64,000 bases of DNA from positions 48,340 to 112,339 of IMG/VR virus record IMGVR_UViG_3300022555_000024. One strand, written 5' to 3'. Position numbers and translations under genes: made by a program. Within the stretch, counting starts at the first letter, position 1, and each line of letters opens with the position of its first letter. The stretch is from a virus. Positions 51,689 to 63,331 of this stretch are shown here, one piece after another. A model generated the notes under the pieces. That model worked only from the letters and a program-made list of their open reading frames with translations. It ran no database searches and had not been told where the DNA came from.

Positions 51689-52387
51689 ATGGAAGAAATT
51701 AAACCAACAATTACAGATATTTCTGAATATATTAAAGAGAGTTCAGAAATACGATACGATATTAACGAAAATTTACATAGCAAAGCTAGAACATATAAGA
51801 AAATTTTTGCTGGATTATTTAATAGAAAATCAAATGTTTTTACCCGTATAAAAGATTTGGAATATTATAAAGGAGGTTATCCCAAAGAAGATTCTCCATC
51901 AAAGATAGATTCTTTAGTAGACACTATCAGCGAACTTTTTATTATGCTTGATTATTTGGGTAAAGATGAACTAATTACAAAGTTTGAAGAAAAAGGAATA
52001 ACAATAAAAATTCAGGATTCTGTTAAAGAAATAGAATCTCAAATAACAGCTGATAGTAATATAGAACTCGATTCTTATTTAGTGGCAAATGAATTTGAGA
52101 AAGAAAAGTTAAAAAGAGAAGATCGACAGAGAATTATTAATGAATTGTTGGGAATGAATCTGAAAGTTCAAAAACAAATTTGTGAAAAAGCAGATATTAT
52201 TAAGTTAGAACATGCACCAAGTGCAGAAAGTTTGGTTGGAATAAATTCTAGAGATTATAGAGATTGTGTAAATTTTGCTTACAAGAAACTTAAAAACTCT
52301 AAAATTGAAAAACCGCTTGATGATTATAAGGCTGGAGTAGATTCTAAATTATTTGCTAGTAGTCTTATAGATGATATCGTTGCATGA
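51689..52387 (+). CDS. hypothetical protein
   Basis: 232-aa ORF. Confidence 0.65.
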   Translation: MEEIKPTITDISEYIKESSEIRYDINENLHSKARTYKKIFAGLFNRKSNVFTRIKDLEYYKGGYPKEDSPSKIDSLVDTISELFIMLDYLGKDELITKFEEKGITIKIQDSVKEIESQITADSNIELDSYLVANEFEKEKLKREDRQRIINELLGMNLKVQKQICEKADIIKLEHAPSAESLVGINSRDYRDCVNFAYKKLKNSKIEKPLDDYKAGVDSKLFASSLIDDIVA

Positions 52388-52753
52388 AATATAAAATTAA
52401 TTTAATAAGATGCAATATTCACATTCTTGATTGTACTGTGGCTTCTTTTCCATGGCCTCCCTATATTTTCGATAAGTACATGAAGTTGAGAAGATTATTA
52501 GGCATTGCAAGATTTATATTTTAAAATAATGGAACGATACAAAATCGATCATATTAGATGGATAAATTCAGATTTTCTTTGGATTAATAAATTTGAATTT
52601 TGGGCCGAATTGTTGGAACAACAAACACAAACTTATTGTAGATGTAGAAACTTCTTCGTGACAGGTTATTTTTATAATTTAAAATGTAAAATTTGATTAA
52701 TTTTTATTATATTATAAATAATAAAACATTATGATATAAACTATAGAATTAAA

Positions 52754-53197
52754 ATGAAAAACGGTGAACTTTTAAATAGAATGTTAACACTAGCAGTTAA
52801 TGCGCATAGTGGACAGTTTGATAAATCTGGCAATCCATATATTTTACATGTACTAAAAGTTCTTCATTATGTAAGAAGTTCTGACGAAGAATTAAATTGT
52901 ATTGCAGTTGGTCATGATTTATTTGAAGACACTTCCGTAACTGCAAATGACCTGTATAATCTTGGAATGACAAAGAGAATAGTAGATGCTATTTTTTGCT
53001 TAACAAAGATGCCTGGACAAACATACAATGAGTATAAAGATGCAGTTTTTTCAAATAAAGATGCAATGATTGTAAAAAAATCAGATCTAAGGCATAATAG
53101 TGATATAAGAAGGCTTAAGGGCATTACAGAAAAAGATATACAGAGAATGGTAAAATATCATAATTTTTATGTCGAAATAGAAGAAAAATTGATTTAG
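52754..53197 (+). CDS. HD-domain (p)ppGpp hydrolase-like protein
   Basis: AHSGQFDKSGNPYILH...HDLFED...VKKSDLRHN. Confidence 0.8.
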   Translation: MKNGELLNRMLTLAVNAHSGQFDKSGNPYILHVLKVLHYVRSSDEELNCIAVGHDLFEDTSVTANDLYNLGMTKRIVDAIFCLTKMPGQTYNEYKDAVFSNKDAMIVKKSDLRHNSDIRRLKGITEKDIQRMVKYHNFYVEIEEKLI

Positions 53198-53242
53198 TAA
53201 ATATCATAAGAAGATAACTATAATATAAAAACAATAATAAAA

Positions 53243-53605
53243 ATGAAACAAAAGATCTACAGACAGGGTGACGTTCTTGTACGTCGAATCGAAAAACTAC
53301 CGAAAGGTGTTACACTTAAGAAAGTTGAAGATAAAATTATTGCTCATGGAGAATTTTCTGGGCATGCGCATTTTTTGACTTCTGCATCAAATGAAGCTGT
53401 TCTTTTAATAGATGAATCTTCGGATAAGATGTATCTTGATATCCCCGAACATGTACTGGATGCTCAGCTTCAGCATTTGTTAGAAGGTACTGGCGTATGG
53501 ACTAAGGAACATACACCAATTGCTATTCCAGCTGGAACATATGAATGCCGTATCCATCAGCAATATGATCCATATCTAAAGGCCGTAACGCGCGTGAATG
53601 ATTAA
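53243..53605 (+). CDS. RQGDV-motif protein
   Basis: YRQGDV...HGEFSGHAH...EH...GTY. Confidence 0.75.
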   Translation: MKQKIYRQGDVLVRRIEKLPKGVTLKKVEDKIIAHGEFSGHAHFLTSASNEAVLLIDESSDKMYLDIPEHVLDAQLQHLLEGTGVWTKEHTPIAIPAGTYECRIHQQYDPYLKAVTRVND

Positions 53606-53612
53606 TTAGATT

Positions 53613-53651
53613 GGGAACTGCTATTATATTTTAGTAGTTCCCTTCCTTTTT
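53613..53651 (+). terminator. Rho-independent terminator
   Basis: GGGAACTGCTA/TAGTAGTTCCC + T tract. Confidence 0.65.
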
Positions 53652-53739
53652 AGAATTATTTCATAAAAAGATTTCTAAATGAATAAATTATTTGTTATAT
53701 TAATAACGAGTGATAAAATAACCTAAATCAAATTAAATA

Positions 53740-54774
53740 ATGAGCATTGAACTTACGCAGCAGGAAAAGCAGTTAATGGACGATATTACCAAGGAGTATC
53801 TTGGTCTTATCTGTATGAAAATCAACAAACCCGAAGCAGAAAAGGGAGTTGATTTTCTTTATGGTCTTACAGGGTTTGCTCCCCCAAAAAAGGTTTTTGT
53901 AGAAAGTCCTCTTTCGGCACAATATATTTATAATATGATTATGATGTGCATCGAGAAATTTGATGACATTAAGAAGTTTAAAACACCTGTTACTACTGAA
54001 AAAGATGTTACATGGGATGCTACATTAAAAGTTTTCTTGGAATCGTTTGCTTCAGATCTTGTTGGGATAGAATCAGAGACTGAGAATTTCCTAAAGAAAA
54101 ACTGTTACAAAGGACGTGAGAAGATTGTTTCTCAATCTTGGAATGGTAATATAAGTGATGCAGGGTACGTTGCATACTATCAGTTTTACATTGAAAATAA
54201 AACTATAGAATCAACTGAAAACTTTGAGAAGATGAAAGCTTACTTAAAGTCTGGTATTTATGATTGTATTCAGCTACAAGATATTTGTATTATTATTTCG
54301 CATCCAAATGATATCAAAACAGATTCAGAAGGAAGGCTACATAGTGAAGACGGATTTGCTATTAAGTTTAATGATGGTCATTCTTTATGTTATCATCATG
54401 GACTTCAGATTCCATCTAAGTTAATTTTCTTCCCCGAAATGATTACTAAGGAAGATATTAAAGATGTCGATAACGTCGAGGTAAAAAGAGCGTTTATGGA
54501 GATTTTGGGTGAAAAGAAATTTTTCGAATTGCTTGAAGTTGAAATTGTCGACGAAAGTACAGATAGAAGCGGTCGCCCTTTGAAATTATATAAAACAAAG
54601 GAAGTTGACGAACTAGCCGGAGAACATATTTTCTTCATACAGATCGTCGATCACAGTACGGAACGTGAATATGTTATTTGCGTAGAAGGTTCTAGTGGTG
54701 ATGCGAGAACAGAATTAGCAAAGAGTTATGCATTTGATTCATGGGATGAATATGTATTAGAAGCAGAAAGTTAA
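53740..54774 (+). CDS. DUF6745-like protein
   Basis: D.EGRLHSEDG.AI.F.DG....HHG, NVEVKR, D.STEREY. Confidence 0.7.
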   Translation: MSIELTQQEKQLMDDITKEYLGLICMKINKPEAEKGVDFLYGLTGFAPPKKVFVESPLSAQYIYNMIMMCIEKFDDIKKFKTPVTTEKDVTWDATLKVFLESFASDLVGIESETENFLKKNCYKGREKIVSQSWNGNISDAGYVAYYQFYIENKTIESTENFEKMKAYLKSGIYDCIQLQDICIIISHPNDIKTDSEGRLHSEDGFAIKFNDGHSLCYHHGLQIPSKLIFFPEMITKEDIKDVDNVEVKRAFMEILGEKKFFELLEVEIVDESTDRSGRPLKLYKTKEVDELAGEHIFFIQIVDHSTEREYVICVEGSSGDARTELAKSYAFDSWDEYVLEAES

Positions 54775-54780
54775 TAGATC

Positions 54781-54808
54781 AGGGGAATCAAGCGATTCCC
54801 CTTTTTTA
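54781..54808 (+). terminator. Rho-independent terminator
   Basis: AGGGGAATC-AAGC-GATTCCCCT + T run. Confidence 0.8.
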
Positions 54809-56282
54809 TTGTACAATGTAATAGATGGTTTATATCTTGAAATAACAAGCAGCTCAAAAAATTATGAACAAATATAGAATCTATTTCGGCTTTTATTTGG
54901 AAAATGAATCAAGCGCGAATGTATGATCTATATTACCATTCTAATATAGATAATCGTTATGAACTAAACTATTTTACTGCAATATTTCATAGAGGTCAAT
55001 TGTAATGAAAAGATGGTACGAATTTTGGAAAAAGAAATATGATATAAAACCAATTCATCGCAAAATTGGATATCATAGTTTAAAACATTATTATTTTAAT
55101 GGATATTTTGTAGAACATTCTGAAAAGAAATCCTTTGTATTTGATTCCATAACAGGAAGATTTAAAATTAGAGAAATACAAAAATCTGATTATGAAATAT
55201 AATATTGAGTGTATTACTGTCGATATAGGATGTCACGTAAGTGCAGTTACGCATCGTACATGGATAACTTCTATATTTAAAACAGAAAGACGTGGTTATA
55301 TTAGAGCCTTAGTTAGGCAAAAAATTCAAAGAGATTACCCACATATTCTTGTTAGATAATTTAGTTCAAAATAAAATTAGTTGATCAGTAAATGAAAAAG
55401 TATTGTGTTTTTAATATAATGTCATCGCATAGAGATACAATTATTGCATTATATCGTAATATTGCAAATTTAAAATCACAGGATAAAATAAATAGAGATG
55501 TTTTAGAATATGCGACTAAAAATATGCTCCGACATTTTGTTCTAAACGAACAGCGATGGAGATAATTTATGAATAATGGTACTATAAAAAGAATTGATAT
55601 AAAAGAGTTTCGCGAGTTTGGTTATCTTCAAGAAGTAAATAGACAGTTTTTTCATCCACGAGGATTGGCATTGGAAGTCAATGTTGACAATGATGGTAAT
55701 GAATCTCTTGGTGGAATTTGGGATTATAGAGACGATCCACAGGGAATAATTTATGGATTTGATGAAAGTAATAACGAGCGTTTAAATATTGCATTAGAAA
55801 AGAAGAAAAGAGTTGAAGAGGCATATAGAAAATCATCTTTAATTAGACAATTAGAATTGCAGTTCGTTCAGGAACCTATTCAAAAAGACCTTTATGAAAT
55901 ATAATATTTCTGAAATCCCTTATTTTAGATTAAAAATAACCAGTCGTTATTATGAACTTTGTACTGATGATAAATTTTTTCAATAATTGGAAAATTTAAT
56001 AAATTTTGTATAAAATGTTAAAATATAAATTCAAAACGGTTATTTTATTATGGTGTCCATATCCATACGCCATAATAAAAAAATTAGCATATATAGAAAA
56101 AATAGAAAGACATTATGAATTTATTCATACTTTTAATAATATAAAGATTCGTGTTTATTTACCATTTACCATTAATGTTTGATAATTTTATAAAATAATG
56201 GACAGACTAAAATTAGAATTGATTATTACTACTATATTATCATTTATATTCTTATTATTTTTCTATAAATTTAAAAATTAAA

Positions 56283-56849
56283 ATGAAAAAAACTTTATTT
56301 TTTGATACAGAAACAACTGGGTTAGATTCCAAAAAGAATTCTATAATACAATTTGCCAGTATAATGGAATACGACGGTAAAGAAGTTGATAGAATTAATA
56401 TCAAATTTCAACCGTTCGAAGAAGCAGAAATATCACAAGAAGCTTTAGATAAAACAGGAACGACATTAGAAGATATTCTTGGTTATATATCTCATGTAGA
56501 AGGATTTCAAAAGATTCAATTGTTTCTAGATAAGCATTGTAACAAATTTGATCGTAACGATAAAATATATCCCGCAGGATATAATTCTAAATTCGACACC
56601 GAATTTTTATCAGAAATGTTTAAGTATAATGGTGAAAGATTCGGAATAGGATCTTATTTCAATTGGAGAACAATCGACCCACTCCCTTTGTTATATTTGA
56701 TGGATTGGACAGGGAAAATATCATTAGAAAATTATAAATTAGAAACTGTGTGTAAACACTTTAAAATAACATTAACAGATGCACATGATGCTATGAGCGA
56801 TATTGAAGCAACTAGAGATTTAATTAAAAAACTCTTAAAAAATGTGTAA
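56283..56849 (+). CDS. DnaQ-like DEDDh 3'-5' exonuclease
   Basis: FDTETTG, GYN..FD, HDAMSDI. Confidence 0.9.
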   Translation: MKKTLFFDTETTGLDSKKNSIIQFASIMEYDGKEVDRINIKFQPFEEAEISQEALDKTGTTLEDILGYISHVEGFQKIQLFLDKHCNKFDRNDKIYPAGYNSKFDTEFLSEMFKYNGERFGIGSYFNWRTIDPLPLLYLMDWTGKISLENYKLETVCKHFKITLTDAHDAMSDIEATRDLIKKLLKNV

Positions 56850-57228
56850 AACTATTTTTACAGGTTATTACGCTCTTACAAATCGATATAGATCTGATGG
56901 GCTAGTTCCTGTGCAAATATCAGGAACTAGCCCAATAAAAATTCCATCTTATCATAAACTTTCTCCACCAAAACCTTTAGTGTATGATTATAAAAATGGA
57001 ATTATAGATGATATACAGTATACGAAAATATATAATGAAGTTAGATTAAAAAAGCTTGATCCTGATATTGTATATAAAGATCTGTTAGAAATAACAGATG
57101 GGAGAATTCCTATATTAATGTGTTATGAAAAGCCTGTTAATTTTTGTCATAGACAAATCGTAGCAGATTGGTTTTTAGAAGCTGGTATACACTGTTTAGA
57201 ATCAAACAATAAAATAAACAATAAATGA
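56842..57228 (+). CDS. DUF488-like protein
   Basis: LSP...Y...ILMCYEKP..FCHR. Confidence 0.75.
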   Translation: MCKTIFTGYYALTNRYRSDGLVPVQISGTSPIKIPSYHKLSPPKPLVYDYKNGIIDDIQYTKIYNEVRLKKLDPDIVYKDLLEITDGRIPILMCYEKPVNFCHRQIVADWFLEAGIHCLESNNKINNK

Positions 57229-59368
57229 TATACATAATTTTAAGTCTAATTGCAATCGTATTATTTCTTTTTTTAGTTCCTGATTTATTATCATATAGGT
57301 TTTATGGTTATTCCAAGGAAAAAATTGAAGAATTTTCTAAAAAAGATCTTTCTAACTATAACATTTATCTTTCTTCGAATAATTCTAATAAATTTTGGAT
57401 TTTATCCGATGCAGAATGCGAAGATTTTATTAGTGATAATGGAGGTTTTGCTAGCAAATATCACTCTCATAAATATGGTTTAATCCCTAGATCACATCCT
57501 ATGACAAAAAAGATTGATGAAATTTTAGCCGATATAAGGAAACAACCTGGAACTCCTTTAACATCAATTTTAAATGAGCAGAATTCCATAGAATAAGTTA
57601 AATTTATTATCTGATTTTTTTGATAAAGAGACTGGAAAATGATAGTGATGAAAAAAATAATCATAACAAATGAGACTGAGCTTAGTGATATAAAATCCTT
57701 AGAACTTGCTTCTTACTCTATAAAAAGCAGTTCATCTGTTGTACATAATTATGGTGGCTCTTTGCATGGAATTAGAGTGGACACCGAGTTCAATCAGCGT
57801 AGAAAAACTATAAAATGCAGGATTAGCAAAGAAGAAGTTGATTAACACAATACCAAACAATTAACATCAATGACACCTGAACAATTCAAAAAAGCAGTGT
57901 GGACAGAAAAGACACAAGTAACGCGCCATTCAGTACCGGGAAAGTTTTTTCCGTTAAATGTGGATTTTGAGCGTTATGAAGTGTTGCTTGACGATGGTGA
58001 CATCGTGAGACCAGAACACATTGAATCCATCATAAACCAACCTGATTACGATGCAATAATTGCTGACCTAAAAGAAGATTTATCTGAAGTATTGCAAGAT
58101 GTGATATGCTTTGCACCTGAATGCACATCATCAAAAGAGTATGCAATCAAACGATTAAAGGAACTTGAAGATGAAAGTGCACCACAAACCGGTATCGGGG
58201 GGAAATTATAAATAAGTAACAAGAAAAGATACAAAAGAGTTAAATTAGTAATAAACATAATTATGAAGTCGAATTTAAAGACCTCTGCTGAATGGAATGA
58301 TCTTTTTAGAGATTATTTTACAATAGAAAAAGAAGAGGCGTATGGTTGGAACAAAAGAAATTTCAATTATGCATGGAATAAAGAAAAGATACATATTAAT
58401 GAATTTCTTAGTCGAATGAAAAATTCTACTTGTTATTGGAAGAAAAGTTGGAATGAAGTTTCAAACGTGATAGAATACGTTAGAGAATCCTATAATTTAA
58501 GATAAAACACACAGATGGAAAAATTAGAATATTTTTTTGAAGATCATCAACACCCAGATGAAAAATTTGATATGCCCGATTTTGATAATTATACACCAAC
58601 ACCCTATTCGTCATTTGATTTTTCTATAGCATCTGTTAGAGTAGAAACTGACGATGAAGATTTTGGATTTTGTATAGAAATACTTCCTATAGAATTTAAT
58701 TCTGATAAATTTTATTATGGAGGTTCTCTTCTTTCTATAAGAAAATATTATGATGCACCTATTCAATTTGACATTATTTATTTGGGTCAACTTTTTAATA
58801 AAATCAAAAGAAAGTTATATAAACAGGTAACTCCATTTTAACTATGTCTGCAGATAATAGAATATTAGTAGTTAGGTTTAAAGATTGTACAAAATTCAAA
58901 TGCATTGGTGGAGATAAATTGTATGATCATTTTGAACCTAATATGGAAGGAATAAATTATGCATATCTTTATATAGAATTAAAATCTGAATATTCATTTG
59001 AAGATTACCGCAAAGCTTTAGAACTAGCAGGAGTTTTGAATGATGAATTAGAAACTGAATATGGAGTAAACACCTTAGAATTTGATAATACATGGGATGA
59101 GTTTAAACGTTTAGCGGTCGATAAAGCAACACGAGAATTGTTGTGGTTACAAGGAGAAATTGGGGAGAGAAGTTCTGCATGGATATGGGATCAAACACAA
59201 ATTTCAGATTTATCTATGCTTGTTCAAAATGCATATTAATTACTATTTAAGTAAATTAGTTTCTTAAATGATGAAAAGGCAACTACAGAAATGTGGTTGC
59301 CTTTTCCAATTAGAATGTTTTTTATTATAAATAGTAAAAACAATATCAATAAAATTAAAATTAAATAA

Positions 59369-60430
59369 ATGATATCATTTAAATCATTCATAACGGAAGC
59401 ATCGTATAAAGGACTTACACTCCCTGCTTTAGAGAAAGCCACGTCAGAAGCACTTAACTCTAAGTATATAACAAACCCAGATTATAATCAGTTAAAAAGT
59501 GCTATAAATTATATTATAGAAAAGGCTGCAAGAGATGTTGATAAAGTTTGGGATTCGTTGCGTAGATCCGTACCCGAATACTTAAAGCATACAAAGACTA
59601 ACAGTTTAACAGATTACGATAATTTTAATCTTCTTTCAGATTTATTTAGCATTTTTATGAGTGCAAATGATGTATTGTTTCTAAAAAAGAAGATTGAAAA
59701 GGCTAAAAGTGCTTGGGGCCCTAAAGATCAAGCTATTATTATTGCAGAAAAGTTCTATGAAGAATATTATCAAGTTTCTCAGAATCTGAAAGATTTAAAG
59801 CAATATATTGTTAAAGTAACTGTAATACGAGCAGAAAAGAAAGCATCGCAAGCTATAGAATTAAAACAAAAATTTACAGATTCTAGGACACTTATAGATG
59901 TTTTAGAAACATACAAAGAAGAATATAAGAAAAAAGCTGGGGAATTTGCAAATGACAGATACGAGTTTTTTATGAACAATCTTAAAGAGTATGGATGGGA
60001 TATAAATAAAACGGCCCCAGAACCTTCTATTAATAGCTATAATTATAGAGAAGCTAGAGAGAAAAGAACTACTCTTTTAGCAATAACTGACGATAAAGAA
60101 CCAAACAACACAGACAAATTATTAAGCACTGGTAAATTTGGATCTGGACCTCAAATACTTAGAAAACCTTCCATAATAAAGAAGAAAAAATTTGTAAAAT
60201 TAGAGATAGAAGCTGCTGGCAATAGTTATGACAATTGGGTAGGAAAGATGGTTGTTAAGATAGGTAAACCCGTTACCCAAGCAACATTCATAGGAGATCC
60301 ATGGAGAGGTTCTAATTTGAAAGTAACAACATCAGATGGGGAAATTCAGGAGTGGAAGACCAAAGTGATCATTAATTATTCTAAATATGGAACGGCATTT
60401 CATCAATTCCCAAGTCATAAACTAAAATGA
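59369..60430 (+). CDS. CTS-bearing protein, first gene of second array
   Basis: MISFKSFITEA start; TATAAATA at 59326; C-terminal N.SKYG..F.QFP. Confidence 0.75.
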   Translation: MISFKSFITEASYKGLTLPALEKATSEALNSKYITNPDYNQLKSAINYIIEKAARDVDKVWDSLRRSVPEYLKHTKTNSLTDYDNFNLLSDLFSIFMSANDVLFLKKKIEKAKSAWGPKDQAIIIAEKFYEEYYQVSQNLKDLKQYIVKVTVIRAEKKASQAIELKQKFTDSRTLIDVLETYKEEYKKKAGEFANDRYEFFMNNLKEYGWDINKTAPEPSINSYNYREAREKRTTLLAITDDKEPNNTDKLLSTGKFGSGPQILRKPSIIKKKKFVKLEIEAAGNSYDNWVGKMVVKIGKPVTQATFIGDPWRGSNLKVTTSDGEIQEWKTKVIINYSKYGTAFHQFPSHKLK

Positions 60431-61758
60431 AATCATTTAAGACATACATAACAGAGAAGAAGGATCACCTGATCGATAAGCTAGCGATTACTGATTCCCA
60501 GAAGAAGGAACTCAAGGATTTTTTTGCAAAGAAGCCAAACCTAGAGAACAAGATTGACTGGCAAAAGAAGGGCCTGGCATTTGCCGATTTTGCAGATGTC
60601 ATGGCCACGACGAAGACCGAAAGAACCAGGGCAGTCAGGAAATCTGGCATAACCGGACTCAAAGATGGCAAGGATTATCTTGAATTGAAGTCACCTGCAG
60701 ATTTTCCATTCCAGGCCTACATCCCTCTCACCTGGGAAGCTAGCAAACTAATAGCATCCAACAAGATAGGTAAAGGTACTGCCAAGTGGTGCACAGCCCA
60801 CCACAGCTTAGATCAACACTGGTACGAATATGCAGAGAATTTTTATGTTCTCATTTATCTCATAGGAAAAGATACTAAAATAGCCATATTACTAGATAGT
60901 AGGAATCATATAGAAGAAGTAAGAGATATAGAAGATAATATCACCAAGGTTAAACCAGAATACCGTACCCTAGTGGATATTAACAAGTCTTTAATAAATA
61001 AAGCCAGAGGCATTATAGGGAAAGGTTTAGAGGGCCTTGTTTGGGATGGAGGTACCTGGGAACGCGGAGATTGGTTGGGTGGAACTTGGAAAGGTGGCAT
61101 TTGGGAAGATGGTGTTTGGGCCAGAGGTAGATGGGAAAGTGGTATTTGGCGAGGCGGTACTTGGAAAGATGGCAACTGGAAAGATGGAACATGGTTAGGT
61201 GGAACATGGGAAGACGGAATCTGGAAAGATGGCAACTGGAAAGATGGAACATGGGAAGCCGGCCTCTGGGAACGCGGAGATTGGTTGGGTGGAACTTGGA
61301 AAGGCGGAGTCTGGGAAGATGGTGTTTGGGCCAGAGGTAGATGGGAAAGTGGTATTTGGCGAGGCGGCACTTGGGAAAACGGCACCTGGCAAGGCAGTAC
61401 TTGGTATAGAGGAACTTGGAAAGGCGGAACTTGGAAAGGCGGAAATTGGTGTGCAGGAATTTGGAAAGATGGAACATGGGAAACCGGCCTCTGGGAACGC
61501 GGAGATTGGTTGGGTGGAACTTGGAAAGGTGGCATCTGGGAAGATGGTGTTTGGGCCAGAGGTAGATGGGAAAGTGGTATTTGGCGAGGCGGCACTTGGG
61601 AAAACGGCACCTGGCAAGGCGGTACTTGGGGAGGTGGCACTTGGGAAAACGGCACTTGGTTAAGTGGAACTTGGAAAGGCGGAACTTGGAGAGGTGGTTA
61701 TGACATAGATGGCAATTATCATGTAGCGGGTGATTCACCGGATAAATGGAAAAAATGA
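60427..61758 (+). CDS. GxWxx-repeat family protein 4 (about 44 repeats)
   Basis: Same N-domain and cap; block WERGDWLGGTWKGG.WEDGVWARGRWESGIWRGGTW occurs three times. Confidence 0.9.
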   Translation: MKSFKTYITEKKDHLIDKLAITDSQKKELKDFFAKKPNLENKIDWQKKGLAFADFADVMATTKTERTRAVRKSGITGLKDGKDYLELKSPADFPFQAYIPLTWEASKLIASNKIGKGTAKWCTAHHSLDQHWYEYAENFYVLIYLIGKDTKIAILLDSRNHIEEVRDIEDNITKVKPEYRTLVDINKSLINKARGIIGKGLEGLVWDGGTWERGDWLGGTWKGGIWEDGVWARGRWESGIWRGGTWKDGNWKDGTWLGGTWEDGIWKDGNWKDGTWEAGLWERGDWLGGTWKGGVWEDGVWARGRWESGIWRGGTWENGTWQGSTWYRGTWKGGTWKGGNWCAGIWKDGTWETGLWERGDWLGGTWKGGIWEDGVWARGRWESGIWRGGTWENGTWQGGTWGGGTWENGTWLSGTWKGGTWRGGYDIDGNYHVAGDSPDKWKK

Positions 61759-62894
61759 AATCATTCAAAACATACATAACGGAGAAGAAGGATCACCTGA
61801 TAGATAAATTGAAAATGACTGATTTTGAAAAAGCACAATTAAAAGACTTTTTCAAAAGGAAACCGAACCTAGAAAACAAGATTGACTGGCAAAAGAAGGG
61901 TCTTGCCTTTAAGGATTTTGCAGATGTCATGGCCACGACGAAGACCGAAAGAACCCGGGCAGTCAGGAAGTCTGGTATTGCCGGGCTCAAAGATGGCAAG
62001 GATTATCTTGAACTGAAGGTACCTGCAGATTTTCCATTCCAGGCCTACATCCCACTTACCTGGGAAGCTAGCAAACTAATAGCGTCAAATAAGATAGGGC
62101 ATGGTACTGCCAAGTGGTGCACAGCACACCACAGCTTAGATAAACTTTGGTATAAATATGCCGAGAATTTTTACGTTCTTATTTATCTGATAGGAAAAGA
62201 TACCAAAATAGCTATATTACTAAATTCTGGTAATAAAATAGAAAAGGTTTATGATATAGAAGACAATATCACCACGGTTAAACCAGAATACTTTACCCTA
62301 GTGGATATTAACAAGTCTTTAATAAATAAAGCCAGGATTATTATAAAGGAAATATTAAAGGACCTTGTTTGGGATGGCGGCAAATGGGAAGGCGGAACAT
62401 GGACTGGTAGATTATGGAAAAACGGAGTCTGGGAAGGCGGCACTTGGGAAGACGGTGATTGGTATAGTGGCACTTGGATTAGTGGCACTTGGAAAGGTGG
62501 AACATGGTTTGACGGTATCTGGAACGGCGGCATCTGGAAAGGAGGTGATTGGTGGGACGGCACTTGGGAAAACGGCACTTGGCATGGCGGTACTTGGCAA
62601 GCAGGCACCTGGAAAGGCGGAACTTGGAAAGGCGGAAATTGGTGGGCAGGAACCTGGTTTGACGGTATTTGGGAAAATGGTACTTGGTGGGCAGGAATTT
62701 GGAGTTCAGGGATCTGGAAACTTGGCACGTGGCTAGGCGGCACTTGGGAAAATGGTACTTGGAAAGGCGGAACTTGGAAAGGCGGAGATTGGTGGGGTGG
62801 CACTTGGTTAGGCGGCACCTGGTATGGTGGTTATGATATAAATGGCAATTATCATGAAATGGGTGATTCACCAGATAAATGGAAACTAAAATGA
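61755..62894 (+). CDS. GxWxx-repeat family protein 5
   Basis: N-terminus like 11715, middle and cap like 7691. Confidence 0.9.
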   Translation: MKSFKTYITEKKDHLIDKLKMTDFEKAQLKDFFKRKPNLENKIDWQKKGLAFKDFADVMATTKTERTRAVRKSGIAGLKDGKDYLELKVPADFPFQAYIPLTWEASKLIASNKIGHGTAKWCTAHHSLDKLWYKYAENFYVLIYLIGKDTKIAILLNSGNKIEKVYDIEDNITTVKPEYFTLVDINKSLINKARIIIKEILKDLVWDGGKWEGGTWTGRLWKNGVWEGGTWEDGDWYSGTWISGTWKGGTWFDGIWNGGIWKGGDWWDGTWENGTWHGGTWQAGTWKGGTWKGGNWWAGTWFDGIWENGTWWAGIWSSGIWKLGTWLGGTWENGTWKGGTWKGGDWWGGTWLGGTWYGGYDINGNYHEMGDSPDKWKLK

Positions 62895-63331
62895 AATCAT
62901 TCAAGACTTACATGACTGAATTGTTTGATTTTCCTATAGATTTCAAACATGCAGGGCTTCGAGGATATCCTCATATATACGAATTTACAATAAGTGATTA
63001 TACCTATACTGCAGGATTCACGCAACCTTACGATGAACGTTGGAATATAGGTTTTGCAATGACAAAATTTAGAGGACAAAAATGCTATTTAGAAGGAATA
63101 ACAGGTGTCGGACCTGGTATTGCAATAAGGGTTCTTTCTACAATAGTAAAAATAGCGATAGATTTTGCTAAGAAAAACAATCCAGAAGTTATTACATTTA
63201 CCGCCGATAAAAAGGATGGTAAAAGATCTATTCTATACAATCAAATATTAAAAAGAAATATTACAAGCGAATACAAATATATTACAACTGATGAAGGAGA
63301 TAAAATTAGATTTACAATAGTACGAAAATGA
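62891..63331 (+). CDS. CTS-bearing ITELFD-family protein
   Basis: MKSFKTYMTELFD; paralogue of 63328 and 14564. Confidence 0.75.
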   Translation: MKSFKTYMTELFDFPIDFKHAGLRGYPHIYEFTISDYTYTAGFTQPYDERWNIGFAMTKFRGQKCYLEGITGVGPGIAIRVLSTIVKIAIDFAKKNNPEVITFTADKKDGKRSILYNQILKRNITSEYKYITTDEGDKIRFTIVRK

